Below, one piece after another: positions 54,705 to 64,000 of a stretch of DNA of 64,000 nucleotides (position 1 is its first letter; each line of letters opens with the position of its first letter). This DNA is from a bacterium (GTDB lineage Bacteria; DRYD01): assembly GCA_039630415.1 (NCBI GenBank), contig JBCNVB010000018.1:32001-96000 (forward strand), in the 5' to 3' direction. Under the pieces are notes generated by a model, which was given only the letters and a program-made list of their open reading frames with translations, made no database searches and was not told the DNA's origin. The translations under genes were made by a program, and so were the position numbers.

Positions 54705-55451
54705 ATGGATGAAATTATATTTTATGAGTTGAAACCTCTAAAATCAAGGCTCAAATTACTTTACGGAATTATAATATTCGTGTTCAGCATTATTTCGTTT
54801 ATCTTTATTTTGTACTATTGGGATATTTATGTTTATTTTAGTATGGATGTAGAATTCTTAGTATCGATGATAACTTCAATACTGTTAATAGTATTATCTG
54901 CGTATATTATTGGACTTATTAAAAGTGATATGGATCATATTTTTGGAAAAATAATAAAATTGCACATATTAAGGATAGTTACTGGTTGTAAAGATGTAAA
55001 AGTGTATAGATGGAAGGATTTAGACTCAAATCAACAACATTCAATAAGCAAAGAACTAATCGAATATCTAGAAAAAGCATATGAATCCATAATAGAAAGA
55101 AAAGTCATAGAATTTTTAATCAAGGTTTTTGAATATTTGCAAAATATAGACACTGCAGAGAATCCATTTGTAAAAGACCAAGAATATTGGCAAAGAATGC
55201 CAAAATATACCGAAGTAATAGAATTATTCAAGGATTCTTTCAGAGTTTTAATAATTACTCTTAACACAAATGAGAATGAAAACATAGTATTTCTAGTATT
55301 GATAAATCAACAAAATAAAAACAAGATAATAGAACCTATATGCATACTACAAAATATGGAAATATCCCTATTTTCAAAGGATGAAGAAATAATTAATGCG
55401 ATACAAGGATATAAACAAATTGTATGGAATTTGAATAGACTTGGTTTTTAA
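54705..55451 (+). CDS. Array family A, copy 2
   Basis: Paralogue of A1; ends WNLNRLGF. Confidence 0.85.
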   Translation: MDEIIFYELKPLKSRLKLLYGIIIFVFSIISFIFILYYWDIYVYFSMDVEFLVSMITSILLIVLSAYIIGLIKSDMDHIFGKIIKLHILRIVTGCKDVKVYRWKDLDSNQQHSISKELIEYLEKAYESIIERKVIEFLIKVFEYLQNIDTAENPFVKDQEYWQRMPKYTEVIELFKDSFRVLIITLNTNENENIVFLVLINQQNKNKIIEPICILQNMEISLFSKDEEIINAIQGYKQIVWNLNRLGF

Positions 55452-55463
55452 TAGAATATTATA

Positions 55464-56203
55464 ATGGATGATATTATAGTTTATGAATTGGAACCTTTAA
55501 AGGCCAAATTCAGATTGCTTTATAGGATTGTGATATTTTTGTTTAGTATTATTTCATTTTTCTTTATTCTCTATTATTGGGATATTACAGTCTATTTTGG
55601 TATGAGCAGGGAAATATGGATAGCAGTAATATTGATAATACTATCACTATGTATTGGTTTAGTTATAAGAGGACATATAGATTATATCTTTAGTAAAATA
55701 ATCAAATTACACATATTAAGAATAGCTACCGGTTGTCAAAATATAAAAGTTTACGAGTGGGAAGATTTAAATATAAACCAACGAGATTCAATACACACCA
55801 AAATTCTTTCACATTTGAAAGAATTCCATGACATATATGTAGAAAAATATTCCAAAGAATTTGTAAAAAAGGTTATTGATTATTTGGAAAATGTACATAC
55901 TAGTGAAAAATATCTTTACAAAGCCCAAATTATAGTCAAAACGAAAGAAAATATATCGAAGTAATAGAACTTTCCAAGGATTCATTCAAAGCTTTAATAA
56001 TTATGCTTGAAATAGACAGTAAAGAAAACATAATATTTCTTGTGATTAGTGAGGAAAACAAGGATAAACTAATACAGCTCATACATATACCCAAAAGCTT
56101 AAAGATTTCAATGTTTTCAAACGATGAACAAATAAGCAATGCATTACAGGGCTATAAGCAGATTGTATGGAGTTTGAATAAACATGGAGTTCGAACAAAC
56201 TAA
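55464..56203 (+). pseudogene. Array family A, copy 3, frameshifted near 55906-55910
   Basis: Two track ORFs join into one A paralogue if one base is added in the A5 run. Confidence 0.8.
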
Positions 56204-56972
56204 GTTTTTGGCAGAATATTACTTTGTTTATGCAATAACTATCGTTTATATATCAATCATTATTTACTATGTTGTTTACTTTGTTTACTATTCGATAAAA
56301 AAAATGGCAAGGAACAAGAATGTTTTGCTAATAAATATTTTGGGTATAAGCCTTAAAATCACACAACCTCAGTTAGCTACAAGCTTTATAACTGCAACAG
56401 TTATGTTTCTTACAATATTCGTCATAATACCAACTTTATCGAAACATGTACAAAATAAAATAGAAAAAAAGTATTCACATATTATAAATGAAAGAATATT
56501 TAAAAGTGGTTTCAGATTTGAAAACCTAGAAGTAGATAAATACATACCTTCAAATGCTAATTTTTTCACCTATTTTCTGCAAAACCAGAATTTATCAGTT
56601 TATAGGATTGAAATAGTTGAAAAAAATTCCTTTGTGATTAACTACCTTAAGTCAAATAAAGAATACAAGATATATTTATCAGAAATACAGATCTTTGAGG
56701 TAAAAAAGAGCAGTTCTATTAGATCTTACCGTATACATTACGAAGAGTTGTTTAGCGGACTGTGCATAGGAATTCCAAACGAAGTTTTTAATACCAGAAA
56801 AATAAATAACTTCTCAGTTTATAATTATTACATTACTTCAGATTATTCTATAGTATTGGTAAACTTTTCTGAAAGTCCCTTTATATTTCCCTTGTTTGAA
56901 AAGATTAGTGATGAGTTGATACAAAAAAAGTTAAGGGAAATATCAAAACTTGTGAATAATTATTTAATGTAG
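56184..56972 (+). CDS. Array family B, copy 2
   Basis: Close paralogue of B1 (SKHVQNKIEKKYS, TSDYSIVLV, VNNYLM). Confidence 0.85.
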   Translation: MEFEQTKFLAEYYFVYAITIVYISIIIYYVVYFVYYSIKKMARNKNVLLINILGISLKITQPQLATSFITATVMFLTIFVIIPTLSKHVQNKIEKKYSHIINERIFKSGFRFENLEVDKYIPSNANFFTYFLQNQNLSVYRIEIVEKNSFVINYLKSNKEYKIYLSEIQIFEVKKSSSIRSYRIHYEELFSGLCIGIPNEVFNTRKINNFSVYNYYITSDYSIVLVNFSESPFIFPLFEKISDELIQKKLREISKLVNNYLM

Positions 56973-56986
56973 ATCTTTTAAAGCGT

Positions 56987-57727
56987 ATGGGTTTCGAGCA
57001 AATTAAATTCATAATGATATATTACTTGGCATGTATACTAACTTTTACAATAGTTACAATTCTAGGTTATTTTATAGCCATACAAAAATATACAGAAGGT
57101 CCCAAATGGATATTGATACCTATTACTGCCATAATTGGAATAATCGCAGCCTATTTTATTGAACCAATATACAGAGATAAGCTACAAAGCAAATATTCAG
57201 ATTCAATAAACCAGATCATATTCAAAAGTAGCATTAGAATTGAAAATTTTGAGATACAAAAGTACATTCCTAATAAATCCGACTTCTTCAAGAGTTTTCT
57301 TGAAAAACAGAAAATATCTCATTATGAGTATAGTGTAAACGAAAATAATTCACTTATAATTAAGTACACAAAACAAAGGGAAAAGTATACTATACTTTTG
57401 TCGGAAATAAAGATTATTGAAGTTAGACCAGTAATTGGAGCTTATAGGACACCTCATAGATACGGTAGAAATCAAGAACAGTATACACGTGAACTTCTTT
57501 TTAGTGGCCTTTGCATCGGTATACCTAGTAAAATATTAAATAAAGAAAGAATGTATCCACACTTATATTTCAGAGCATATGAAAAGCCAGATTATTCAGT
57601 AATACTGTCCTATTATCCTTCTCAAGAAAGTCCGTTTAAATTCTCCTTGTTTGAAAAAATAAACAATCAAATAGTCCAGCAAAAACTACAAGAAATTATA
57701 TCAGTCATAAAAAGATATTTACTATGA
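56987..57727 (+). CDS. Array family B, copy 3 (no A partner)
   Basis: KYIP, LSEI, LFSGLCIGIP, ESPFKFSLFEK. Confidence 0.85.
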   Translation: MGFEQIKFIMIYYLACILTFTIVTILGYFIAIQKYTEGPKWILIPITAIIGIIAAYFIEPIYRDKLQSKYSDSINQIIFKSSIRIENFEIQKYIPNKSDFFKSFLEKQKISHYEYSVNENNSLIIKYTKQREKYTILLSEIKIIEVRPVIGAYRTPHRYGRNQEQYTRELLFSGLCIGIPSKILNKERMYPHLYFRAYEKPDYSVILSYYPSQESPFKFSLFEKINNQIVQQKLQEIISVIKRYLL

Positions 57728-57731
57728 GTAT

Positions 57732-58442
57732 ATGAATTTGGAAAGTTTCATAAATTATCAAAAAAAACTCATAAGAATCAAATCAATAATAGGAACTATA
57801 TTTTTAATTCCATTTTTTATAGTTATTACCATTATTATCATACCTTATTTTTGGGACATTGACTACTATACTGACTCTTACAATAACACTTTTCAAAAAA
57901 TGCTGTGTTCATGTTTTACAATATTTTTTCTTTTGCTTCCAACATTATTAGTTATTCTACAGAGCATTCTTGACAGTTATACAAAATTAAAACACTATAT
58001 CCTAGAAAAAACTACAAATGCAAGAGATATACAAATTTTACCTTGGGATAGTTTCAATTCCAAAGATCAAGATCATATTATTAATTCTCTTTGTTTACAC
58101 TTGAATGATTTGAAAAATTCCCTAGATCCAAACCTAAAAAAATACATAGATGCAGTTTTAAATTATATATCCAAGTCTAGAGATATCATACGTAACGAAG
58201 TGATTATAGCACAATCTAAACATTTTCTAAAAGCCATAGTAATTAGTGTAGTTCTAATACAAGAAGAAACAATTTCATTCATACTATTAAGTCCCGATAA
58301 GGATAAAACACATCAAAAACTTGAAATAGTCTATACACCTAACACCACACTTATTCCACTTTTTTATAGTGAGAAAAACATTACAGGTGTTGTAAATCAC
58401 TACAAGGAAATAGCATGGAGATTGAAAGAACTTGGTTTTTAG
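57732..58442 (+). CDS. Array family A, copy 4 (second subfamily)
   Basis: YFWD, ILPWD; ends YKEIAWRLKELGF. Confidence 0.85.
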   Translation: MNLESFINYQKKLIRIKSIIGTIFLIPFFIVITIIIIPYFWDIDYYTDSYNNTFQKMLCSCFTIFFLLLPTLLVILQSILDSYTKLKHYILEKTTNARDIQILPWDSFNSKDQDHIINSLCLHLNDLKNSLDPNLKKYIDAVLNYISKSRDIIRNEVIIAQSKHFLKAIVISVVLIQEETISFILLSPDKDKTHQKLEIVYTPNTTLIPLFYSEKNITGVVNHYKEIAWRLKELGF

Positions 58443-59185
58443 TAGAGTGTTACTTAATGTGCTTCATAACAACTGTCTTTTTATTTGCAGGTATCTACTC
58501 TTTACTTTTGAGACTTATAGAAGGCTTACCATATCTATCGTACAAGATACCTTTCGAGTCACTATTGAAACCAATATTTTTTAAATATAAATTAATTTTC
58601 AAATTGATATATTTTGCTATATCATTATTTTTGACGTATACTATAACTCCAACATTATTTAAATTTATTGAACACAAAGCAGAGAATAGATACTCTTATT
58701 ACTTATGGAGAAAAACTTTCAAAAACGTACATATAGTTGGAGAAATAGAAATACAGAGATATGAACCTTTCGGAGCTAATCTTTTCAAATATATCCTGAA
58801 AAATCAGAAATTCACGAAAAAAGAATTAATAATATACGAAAGAAATACACTAATGATTTACTACCACAAACAAACAAAAAAATATGCTGTAGCTTTAGCA
58901 GAGATAAAACTAGTTGAATATGAAAAAGTTATAAGAGGAGGTGTTACAAATCAATATCTATTGTTTAATGGATTTGCTTTATTGATTCCAAATGAGATTT
59001 TAAATTATCAGATACCTAATAATTACTCAGTATTTCTTGAGATTAGGAGTTCAAACTACACTGTACTAATGATAAATCATCCTGATAGCCTTTTTAAATT
59101 TGAATTACACCAAAAAGTTGATAATCAAAAAATTCAAAATAGATTAGAAAAAATATTACAGGTAGTTAAAAACTTCTTATTATGA
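58415..59185 (+). CDS. Array family B, copy 4 (second subfamily)
   Basis: RYEPFG, LAEI, LFNG..IPNE, FKFEL. Confidence 0.85.
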   Translation: MEIERTWFLVECYLMCFITTVFLFAGIYSLLLRLIEGLPYLSYKIPFESLLKPIFFKYKLIFKLIYFAISLFLTYTITPTLFKFIEHKAENRYSYYLWRKTFKNVHIVGEIEIQRYEPFGANLFKYILKNQKFTKKELIIYERNTLMIYYHKQTKKYAVALAEIKLVEYEKVIRGGVTNQYLLFNGFALLIPNEILNYQIPNNYSVFLEIRSSNYTVLMINHPDSLFKFELHQKVDNQKIQNRLEKILQVVKNFLL

Positions 59186-59245
59186 AAAATTTTTCACAGG
59201 AAATATTAGAATTTGTAAGTAATTAATCTAATATAACCTATCAAC

Positions 59246-60016
59246 ATGAGTTTAGATAATTTTATAAACTATCAAAAAATGCTTATAAAAATCAAAACAG
59301 TAGTAGGAACTGTATTTTTTATTCCATTTTTTACACTTACTGCTATTACCCTCACAGCCTATTTTTGGGACACTGATTACTATAAAAACCACTATTTTCA
59401 CGAATTTGGAAAAGTAATATGTATATGTAGTACATCACTTCCTTTTTTAGTTTCAATAATACTGTTCATAAAAATTAGCATTCATGAGAATTATACGAAA
59501 TTAAAGTATCATATTTTGAAAGAAATTACAAATACCCAAAATGTACAAATTTTACCTTGGGATGATTTAAATATTGAAGACCAGGTCTCCATCATTAAAA
59601 CTTTTTATCTACATTTAGATGATTTAACAAAGTCTCTAAATCTAAATCCAAAACTAAAAAATTGTGCATATACAGCTTTACGTTATTTGTCAAGGTGTAT
59701 ACCAGATAAGGATCTTGACATACCAATACAAACAGAATCATTTGTAAAAGAGCCTATTAGTATAAATGATGTAGTTCTGGTGCAAGTAATCAAAGATTTT
59801 CTAAAAGCTATAGCAATCAATGCTACTCTGAATACAAAGGAAACAATTTCATTCATATTATTAAATCCAGACATGGACAGAACATATCAAAAACTTGAAA
59901 TAGTGTATACACCCAATTCTACACCTAGTCCATTTTTCTACAATGAGGTATTCATTGATGGTATAGTAAATCACTATAAGGAAATAGCATGGATACTGAA
60001 AAAATTTGGTTTTTAG
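59246..60016 (+). CDS. Array family A, copy 5
   Basis: Close paralogue of A4; ends YKEIAWILKKFGF. Confidence 0.85.
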   Translation: MSLDNFINYQKMLIKIKTVVGTVFFIPFFTLTAITLTAYFWDTDYYKNHYFHEFGKVICICSTSLPFLVSIILFIKISIHENYTKLKYHILKEITNTQNVQILPWDDLNIEDQVSIIKTFYLHLDDLTKSLNLNPKLKNCAYTALRYLSRCIPDKDLDIPIQTESFVKEPISINDVVLVQVIKDFLKAIAINATLNTKETISFILLNPDMDRTYQKLEIVYTPNSTPSPFFYNEVFIDGIVNHYKEIAWILKKFGF

Positions 60017-60783
60017 CAGAGTATTACGTAATATGCACTATAACATTTATCTTCTTACTAATGGGTATTTACTCTTTTCTATATGTTCTTTTACCTTCAG
60101 CGAGTCAACCTGATAGATCAAGTCCACTACTTAGAAGATTTGTGGAATCACTATTTTTTAAATTAAAACCACTATTTTTTAAATATAAATTAATCTTTCA
60201 GTTTGTATACTTTGTCTTATCATTATTCTGGACGTTCATAGGATGTTTTATGTTATTCGAATTGGCCAAACATCAAGTAGAAGCAAGGTATTCCCATTCT
60301 TTATGGAAAAGATTTTTCAAAAATATACGTGTAGTAGGCGATATAGAAATACAAAGATACGAACCTTTTGGTGTTAATGTATTCAAAGATATCCTTAAAA
60401 ATCAGAAACTCTCTGAGAAAAAGTTAGTAATATATGAAAAGAATGCACTAATAATGTACTATCATAAACAAACAAAAAAATATATTATAGCTTTAGCAGA
60501 GATGATTTTGATTGAATACGAAAGAAAAAAAACACGTATTATTACCGACCAGAAACTTCTGTTTAATGGGCTTATTATATCCATTCCAAATGAGATTTTA
60601 AATTATAAGATGCTAGATAACTACTCAGTATTTCTTGAGATTAGAAGTTTAGACTATACTACGATCATGATAAACTATCCTCAAAGCCCTTTCAAATTTG
60701 AATTACAAGAAAAAGTTGATAATCAAAAAATTCAAGATAGATTAGAAAAAATATTGCAAATAGTCAGAAGCTTTTTGCTATAA
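59989..60783 (+). CDS. Array family B, copy 5
   Basis: Close paralogue of B4, with near-identical 3' nucleotide stretches. Confidence 0.85.
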   Translation: MDTEKIWFLAEYYVICTITFIFLLMGIYSFLYVLLPSASQPDRSSPLLRRFVESLFFKLKPLFFKYKLIFQFVYFVLSLFWTFIGCFMLFELAKHQVEARYSHSLWKRFFKNIRVVGDIEIQRYEPFGVNVFKDILKNQKLSEKKLVIYEKNALIMYYHKQTKKYIIALAEMILIEYERKKTRIITDQKLLFNGLIISIPNEILNYKMLDNYSVFLEIRSLDYTTIMINYPQSPFKFELQEKVDNQKIQDRLEKILQIVRSFLL

Positions 60784-60784
60784 A

Positions 60785-61876
60785 ATGAGATACAAAAAGC
60801 TTAGTATATTATCTAAAAGGAAAAACAAAGTTGGTCAACTACCTCAGAGTTATATCGAATCAATACAAAAAGATCAGCTAAAAGGTAAGATTGAGATTTT
60901 CAAGTTCAATTCAGAAAATCTGTACATGGATACCATTTTGGATCCTCAAGATATCTCCAAACTAGAATCAATAATGCAAAAGATAGATAAAAAATACAAC
61001 TACATAATAAATATAGATACCTTCCCAAATAACATTATTCCAAAGATAATAAAGAACTATATAGACATAGATGATTTTATAATAGAGGATTTGCTGAACA
61101 CTGATCAAAGGATAAAGTTTGAGTCAAGAAAAGGACTAGTATTTATTGTTATTAAAACTCCTGTAGAATATGATCTGGAAAAAATAAAACAAGATCAAGT
61201 AATCAAAATATACGAACAAATGTCTATAATAGCAACGGATAACATCATATTTGTGTTTCAGGAAGGTATCGAAGGAGATAACTTAGATCCCTTTAGAAAA
61301 AACATAAATAATCTAAAGCAAAACTCAATAGAATTTTTTGTGTACTATCTTATAGACTTATGTATAGATAGGTATCTTGCTTTCATGGAAGATATAGAAG
61401 ATAAACTTAGACAGGTCGAGAAAAAAATTTTTAGTCAAGAAAAATTTGACATAGAAGAAATCTACTTTTTAAGGAGTAATATTGGTATAATGAAAAGAGA
61501 TTTCATAAATATTTTAGAGCTTGTAAAAACGCTCAAAGTATCCTACTTTTCAGAAAACATGAAATACTACACTCAAGATCTTCTTGATCATGCTTACAAA
61601 ATGTTAGATATGTTGAATAATGTAGATGATTTTACTTCTTATTTGATGGAATCATATATTTCGATGATTAATTCAAAATTTAATGAAAGTGTAAGAATAC
61701 TAACAGTAATTAACACAATTTTTGTTCCAGCGATATTTATTGCAAGCATATATGGTATGAACTTTGAAAATATGCCTGAATTGAAATGGAAGTATGGATA
61801 CTTCTTTACTTTATTTATCATCTTTTCAGCAATTCTGTTTTCTTTGGCATATTTCAAGTACAAAAAGTACATATGA
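60785..61876 (+). CDS. corA: Magnesium/cobalt transporter CorA
   Basis: YGMNFENMPEL signature and two C-terminal TMs. Confidence 0.94.
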   Translation: MRYKKLSILSKRKNKVGQLPQSYIESIQKDQLKGKIEIFKFNSENLYMDTILDPQDISKLESIMQKIDKKYNYIINIDTFPNNIIPKIIKNYIDIDDFIIEDLLNTDQRIKFESRKGLVFIVIKTPVEYDLEKIKQDQVIKIYEQMSIIATDNIIFVFQEGIEGDNLDPFRKNINNLKQNSIEFFVYYLIDLCIDRYLAFMEDIEDKLRQVEKKIFSQEKFDIEEIYFLRSNIGIMKRDFINILELVKTLKVSYFSENMKYYTQDLLDHAYKMLDMLNNVDDFTSYLMESYISMINSKFNESVRILTVINTIFVPAIFIASIYGMNFENMPELKWKYGYFFTLFIIFSAILFSLAYFKYKKYI

Positions 61877-63489
61877 GTCATAGATATATAAGCATTTTGT
61901 TTTGGCTGAGCATTTTTGTATATTTACTTCTTGGAATGAATAGCTTTATTTTTACTTATCCTGACGAAGGGAGAAATGCCTTTGCTACCCTATACATGAT
62001 AAAATCAGGAGAATATATAGTCCCTTACTATAACGGGGAAATAAGATATGATAAGCCTCCACTTCTGTACTACCTAGCTGCAATATCCTACAAGTTTCTA
62101 TCCTTTTTTGGTGTAGAAAAGGTAGAGTTTAGTTTTAGATTAGTATCTGCTCTTGCAACTTTCTTTTCTTCAATAATTGTATATGAATTGAGCAAATATT
62201 TTATAAGTGGTTTATTTTATAGATATTTCAGTGTGGTAGTATACGTTAGCCTTTCAAATGTATTTGTTGAGTCAAAAGCGTTTGTTCCTGAACCACTTCT
62301 TTCCTTGTTTATAAACCTCTGTTTACTAAGCTTTTATAAAATATACCATGAAAATAACCTCAGGTGGAATATTGTTTTCTGGATAAGTTTAGGCTTGGGA
62401 ATGCTAGCAAAAGGTATAATAGCGGTAATTATTGTCTTTCTAGTAATATTTTGTTACCTCTTAATAAAAAAAGATTTAGGTTCAATAAAATTGATATTTA
62501 GGAATCTGTACAGCGTATTTTTAGGTTTACTTGTTGGAGTTAGTTGGTTTGTAATGGTTGGTATAAAAACACAGGGAGATTTTATTTATAAGTTTATAAT
62601 GATTCATAATTTGGGAAGATTCACAGGGACTTCTAAAATGCATCTTAATCCTCTTTATTTCTACATTATCGTAATATTTGTTAATATCGTACCTCTATTT
62701 GAAATATTTGCTGTTTCCTTGTATTCCTTTATAAGAAGCCTTTTAGATAAGCAAAGAACTTATAGTTTTCCACCAAATTTTAGTTTTCTTTTTGTATACT
62801 TTTTATCAATCTTTATTTTTTACAGTTTATCACAAGGTAAAGTTCATCATTACATAATGCCGTGTTATATTCCTTTTTCTATCTTACTTGCATACTTTAC
62901 AGAGAAGTATATATCTTTATACTTTAATAGGTTAGTTTTACTACTATCATTCATTCTTCCTTTATTAATCCTTTTCCAGAGGGTTTCGCAAGACTTTATA
63001 CTAATCAAGAATGCTTTGCTAGTTTTGCTAACAGCATTTAATTTAGTGTATTTCATTATACCCAAGAGATTTCTAGTAATCGCAGTAATAGTCAAGATAT
63101 TTTTATTTTATATGTTTATAGTTTCACAGGTAGATAAATCTTTTCCCAACCAAAACAAACTTCTAGAACTAATCAAGGATAACTATATTTTGAAAGTTGG
63201 AGATATATCTACTCTATCTTTCTACAATCTTTATATAAATAATTGCCATAAAACACCTGATCTATTTTATGCTATTCAATTACAGAGAATTGATGAAACA
63301 ATTTATTTGGATATAGTAAGAAACTTAGAAAATAACAGAAAAGTAATAATATTCACTAAACCAAGATATTTACAAAAAATGATGAGAATACTTGATAAAC
63401 TTAGAATAAGTAATTTAGATACTCAGATAAATAAAGTAACTGTTGCTCAATCAGTAATTTTTGCTATAACCCTAGATTTGGATAAATGA
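61873..63489 (+). CDS. ArnT/PMT-family (GT-C) glycosyltransferase
   Basis: PDEGR, YDKPPL, GMLAKG, HYIMP; ATG 61873 overlaps the corA stop (ATGA). Confidence 0.88.
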   Translation: MSHRYISILFWLSIFVYLLLGMNSFIFTYPDEGRNAFATLYMIKSGEYIVPYYNGEIRYDKPPLLYYLAAISYKFLSFFGVEKVEFSFRLVSALATFFSSIIVYELSKYFISGLFYRYFSVVVYVSLSNVFVESKAFVPEPLLSLFINLCLLSFYKIYHENNLRWNIVFWISLGLGMLAKGIIAVIIVFLVIFCYLLIKKDLGSIKLIFRNLYSVFLGLLVGVSWFVMVGIKTQGDFIYKFIMIHNLGRFTGTSKMHLNPLYFYIIVIFVNIVPLFEIFAVSLYSFIRSLLDKQRTYSFPPNFSFLFVYFLSIFIFYSLSQGKVHHYIMPCYIPFSILLAYFTEKYISLYFNRLVLLLSFILPLLILFQRVSQDFILIKNALLVLLTAFNLVYFIIPKRFLVIAVIVKIFLFYMFIVSQVDKSFPNQNKLLELIKDNYILKVGDISTLSFYNLYINNCHKTPDLFYAIQLQRIDETIYLDIVRNLENNRKVIIFTKPRYLQKMMRILDKLRISNLDTQINKVTVAQSVIFAITLDLDK

Positions 63490-64000
63490 ATATATTGATT
63501 ATTTTATTTAGTGCAGGAATAGGCAAAAGGCTTAGGTTAGAGATCCCCAAACCACTTTGTCCTATTATGAAGACAAATCCACTAGATTATAACTTATCAC
63601 AGTTAATTAGGTTTATGAATTCCATACCTTGTTACAACACTATGATATATATTAATCTGCATAAACAACCAAACATTGTATATGACCACCTATTTAAAAA
63701 ATATCAAAAATTTATAGAAGAGCAAAAAATAATTTTTATATATGAATCACAGCCTTTGGGACATATAGGAACGATTAATCTTCTGAAATATAACATAATC
63801 TCCTCAAATAAACTCGTTTTAATTAATTCTGATACTCTGATACCCAACTTGGAAACCATCCTTGAAAAATTAATTCAAAAGGAACATAACTTTATGTTAC
63901 TATATCAAATATTGCAAACACATAATTCAAAAACACTAACTCATTTTGAAGTAATGCCTTATCTTAACTATTATAAAATAATCAAATATCATAAGGTAAC
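63486..64000 (+). CDS. Nucleotidyltransferase (NTP-transferase family), runs off the window edge
   Basis: Not in the track; hand translation MNILIILFSAGIGKRLRLEIPKPL...INLH...YESQPLG...INSD. Confidence 0.85.
   Translation, partial: MNILIILFSAGIGKRLRLEIPKPLCPIMKTNPLDYNLSQLIRFMNSIPCYNTMIYINLHKQPNIVYDHLFKKYQKFIEEQKIIFIYESQPLGHIGTINLLKYNIISSNKLVLINSDTLIPNLETILEKLIQKEHNFMLLYQILQTHNSKTLTHFEVMPYLNYYKIIKYHKV

Larger units (their letters stand above)
53233..60783 (+). repeat. Tandem paralogue array A1-B1-A2-A3(fs)-B2-B3-A4-B4-A5-B5
   Basis: Shared protein motifs and residual nucleotide identity between copies. Confidence 0.9.

Noticed and set aside
53233-60783. Array as integron cassettes, DGR targets or prophage
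   Set aside because: No attC-like spacers (genes overlap or abut), and no integrase, reverse transcriptase, template repeat or phage genes in the window
61786-61872. Extended ArnT N-terminus
   Set aside because: It overlaps the corA 3' end; ATGA coupling at 61873 is more plausible

Overview
Low-GC bacterial chromosomal window, densely packed and mostly housekeeping (glyA, rph, clpC, nusA, uvrC, dnaA, atpD, pheT, tuf-rpmG-secE-nusG-rplK-rplA, ftsW, prs, accA, corA), with four tRNA genes. Many normally conserved operons are broken up. No mobile element, CRISPR array or rRNA is visible. Three things stand out. (1) At 53.2-60.8 kb lies a 7.5-kb tandem array of ten uncharacterised membrane-anchored paralogues from two families (A and B). 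Intact A-B pairs are joined by a conserved 28-nt dual-coding overlap, and the array shows scars of partner loss, a 17-nt duplication that restores a start codon, a frameshift and a variable-length loop. (2) At 5.1-9.8 kb is a seven-gene sulfane-sulfur/persulfide handling cluster, preceded by one-directional GGGTA repeats. (3) tRNA genes are embedded in protein operons just ahead of SD-less start codons, and one overlaps a CDS stop codon. Several proteins have altered catalytic or ligand motifs (DapF Cys->Ser, BCCP-like without the biotin Lys, PolX without DxD, KhpA-like without GxxG). All calls come from reading motifs by eye; no database searches were run.
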